DNA of 64,000 nt from Bythopirellula sp. (GTDB lineage: Bacteria > Planctomycetota > Planctomycetia > Pirellulales > Lacipirellulaceae): NCBI GenBank assembly GCA_965216565.1, contig OZ244170.1, positions 1,568,001 through 1,632,000 on the forward strand, given 5' to 3'. The notes under the pieces were generated by a model. That model was not told the DNA's origin, ran no database searches, and was given only the letters and a program-made list of their open reading frames with translations. Below are positions 61,967 to 64,000 of the stretch, piece by piece. The position numbers and the translations under genes are program-made. Every line of letters starts with the position of its first letter. The first letter of the stretch is position 1.

Positions 61967-63136
61967 TTACCGTCGCTGTGGTTTAACCAGAATCGAGCGC
62001 TCACCCTTCACATCATCTGTGGGTTCGCGGCGGACGTTACGGTCTTCGCCGCTAAAAGTCTGTGGGCGTGTGCGAAGCGGATTGGACGAACGAAGAGGTT
62101 CTTCGCCGCTAGTCGTAGCGACTCCCGAATTGTCCCGTCCTGGCGGGGTGACAGAGGGCGTTTCGATTAGCATGGCAACCAATCGCCCTGTGCCAACGCG
62201 GCCTGGAGAAGCAAGTTCCGTATAGCGTACGATCTGCTGGTTGTAGTCCCGCAATGCTCGGACGAATTCGCGTCGGCGGAGGCTGACTAATTCGTGGGTC
62301 TTTAGCAGCAATTTGCCATCGGACTGAGGATTGCGTTGGCGGCTTACCAAGTCGAGCCAACTCTGGTCGTCGGTTACCTGGGCCGCCTGTAGCTTGAGGT
62401 GTGCGTACATGGCAGGAACTAGTTCGTGCAAATCTCGGGAACGATCAGTCTCGCGGCCATTAAAGTTCTGTTCGTAGCGAGTCTCGTATGCACCTGCATG
62501 GGGTTTATCTGCGGGTAAGGGCATGCCATCGGTGGCGGAGCCTTTCATCAAACGGTGTAAGCGATACTGGGCCAACTCGGCAGTGCGTCGGGCCACCTGC
62601 ATGCGATTTGTTTGCAACTGACGTGCTTCTTGCCAAGCAGGACTAGGCTGCGAGATACTTTGAAGCAGGGTCTTGAGCTCAGTCGACTCCCGGGCTGAGA
62701 GATAATAGTCGGTAAGAGCAGCCGACAGATCCCAATAGGCAGAGACGACTTCGGTCTGTTCCTCACGGGAATTGCAATTGGCAATGGCCTCGGTAAGCGT
62801 AACAATTTCGCCGCCAAGTCGACCGGAGATTGGCGGACGCGAGAGCGATTCCAACAGGTCGGCGGGTTTGACCGTTTGCTGAGCCGTTGCAGGACTCGTA
62901 ACTGAGGTAGAAGCGGGAGGGGCAGATCGCTCGAGAGGCTGCGATGCAGGGGGAGTTGCCGTATCGCGAGGAGTCACGGGCGGCTGATCCCAAGGCTCTG
63001 TGGTAGATGTCGTTTCAGCCGATGACGCCACGTCTTGCGGCGAACCGCCTGCCGCGGACGAATCGTACGCACCGTACCGACTATCCCCAGCAACTTGACC
63101 CAATAACACCAGCGCGACCAATGCGAGAGACTGCAT
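61967..63136 (-). CDS. Exported hypothetical protein (Pro/Ser/Thr-rich linker followed by a helical domain)
   Basis: GGAGG RBS, hydrophobic N-terminus, long ORF. Confidence 0.65.
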   Translation of the reverse strand: MQSLALVALVLLGQVAGDSRYGAYDSSAAGGSPQDVASSAETTSTTEPWDQPPVTPRDTATPPASQPLERSAPPASTSVTSPATAQQTVKPADLLESLSRPPISGRLGGEIVTLTEAIANCNSREEQTEVVSAYWDLSAALTDYYLSARESTELKTLLQSISQPSPAWQEARQLQTNRMQVARRTAELAQYRLHRLMKGSATDGMPLPADKPHAGAYETRYEQNFNGRETDRSRDLHELVPAMYAHLKLQAAQVTDDQSWLDLVSRQRNPQSDGKLLLKTHELVSLRRREFVRALRDYNQQIVRYTELASPGRVGTGRLVAMLIETPSVTPPGRDNSGVATTSGEEPLRSSNPLRTRPQTFSGEDRNVRREPTDDVKGERSILVKPQRR

Positions 63137-63424
63137 TTGGAAGCCTCCTCCATGAATACTAGATTCCCTCAAACCCAATCGGGCAGATACACAATTGCCC
63201 GCGACCACTGATTAAGGTCCCACGAAGTGCGCGCAGCGTCAATAACGCGGGATAGAGAAGTGAGAGAATGGATGAAATGCGAAGCTTGGGTGGCACCTGA
63301 CATCTGAAGTTTGAGGGCCAATATAGGAGGATGCAGACTGAAAACCGATGAACTCTAGGATTAACCGCACAATCTAGTTGCGTCCGCAATATCGAGAATT
63401 TCACTACAGCGATTTAGAGCTCGC

Positions 63425-64000
63425 TCAGTCAAGCTCTTCCAACCAGAGGCGAAGCTCGTTTTCATACTCACTGGCCAAGTCGCCGATGACCAGCGTTCGT
63501 TGGAACTCCGCGAGGCCCCCGGCGCCTGTGTCCGCATCTTCGGCGCTGGCGTAACGCTTCTTCGGGTCTGGTGCGGTAAGTCGTCGGCAAATACTCATTA
63601 GCAATTCACTGTTACCAACGTCGGGCGGCAGAATGTTCTCCAATCGCTGCGGCAGAGTCCACTTGGCTTCCAGTAATTCACCCAGGGAGTTGAGCCCCGA
63701 GAACAGCGGCCGACCGGCGAGAATTTCAATCAACACATAGCCCAGACTCGCAAGATCGGCATGAGGCGTGAACTCACTCCGCTCAAGCATTTCGGGTGCA
63801 GCATATTGGGGCGTGCAGGTGCGTTGTTCCGGCATGTTATTGAGATCGAGCGCCGAACCGATATCAACGATCTTCGCGTTACCGGCACGCTTAATCATGA
63901 TATTGGAGGGTTTCAGGTCGCCATGCACAATTTCCTCGCGATGCAACGCGGCAAGAGCGGAAAGGCATTGGCGAATGATGGCGACGGCGATGCCTGGCGT
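63425..64000 (-). CDS. Ser/Thr protein kinase, C-terminal part (5' end outside the window)
   Basis: HGDLKPSN, DIG (DFG variant), YAAPE, DLASLG. Confidence 0.88.
   Translation of the reverse strand, partial: TPGIAVAIIRQCLSALAALHREEIVHGDLKPSNIMIKRAGNAKIVDIGSALDLNNMPEQRTCTPQYAAPEMLERSEFTPHADLASLGYVLIEILAGRPLFSGLNSLGELLEAKWTLPQRLENILPPDVGNSELLMSICRRLTAPDPKKRYASAEDADTGAGGLAEFQRTLVIGDLASEYENELRLWLEELD

Overview
A 64-kb stretch of a planctomycete-like chromosome. The lineage (probably Pirellulales) is inferred from the gene set: DUF1598, YHYH, PEP-CTERM, FG-GAP/ASPIC-UnbV and methanofuran-type genes. Much of it is housekeeping: lipA, cysK, 5-oxoprolinase, rarA, sthA, an M16 peptidase pair, a Mn/Zn/Fe ABC transporter, nfo, ndk, a suf cluster with an orphan nuoB, mfnDFE-like genes and dusB. 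Small accessory inserts lie between these genes, along with several palindromic REP/MITE-like repeats. I recognised no tRNA, rRNA, CRISPR array or intact transposase. Best lead: ORFs 1115-3181 and 3203-5707 share one reading frame and are separated by a single TGA inside an FG-GAP propeller (DL*SFWWRQVV). A hairpin resembling the E. coli fdhF SECIS begins 11 nt after that TGA, which suggests an unannotated ~1530-aa membrane-anchored FG-GAP/ASPIC-UnbV/thioredoxin/TPR selenoprotein. Other leads: an Lnt-like N-acyltransferase fused to a cleavable type IV pilin; two ABC permeases each fused to a DtxR-like domain, downstream of a candidate MntR-type operator; a GGDEF-EAL plus stand-alone BLUF light-sensing pair; and a recurrent leaderless-promoter pattern. 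All calls come from reading motifs by eye; no database searches were run.
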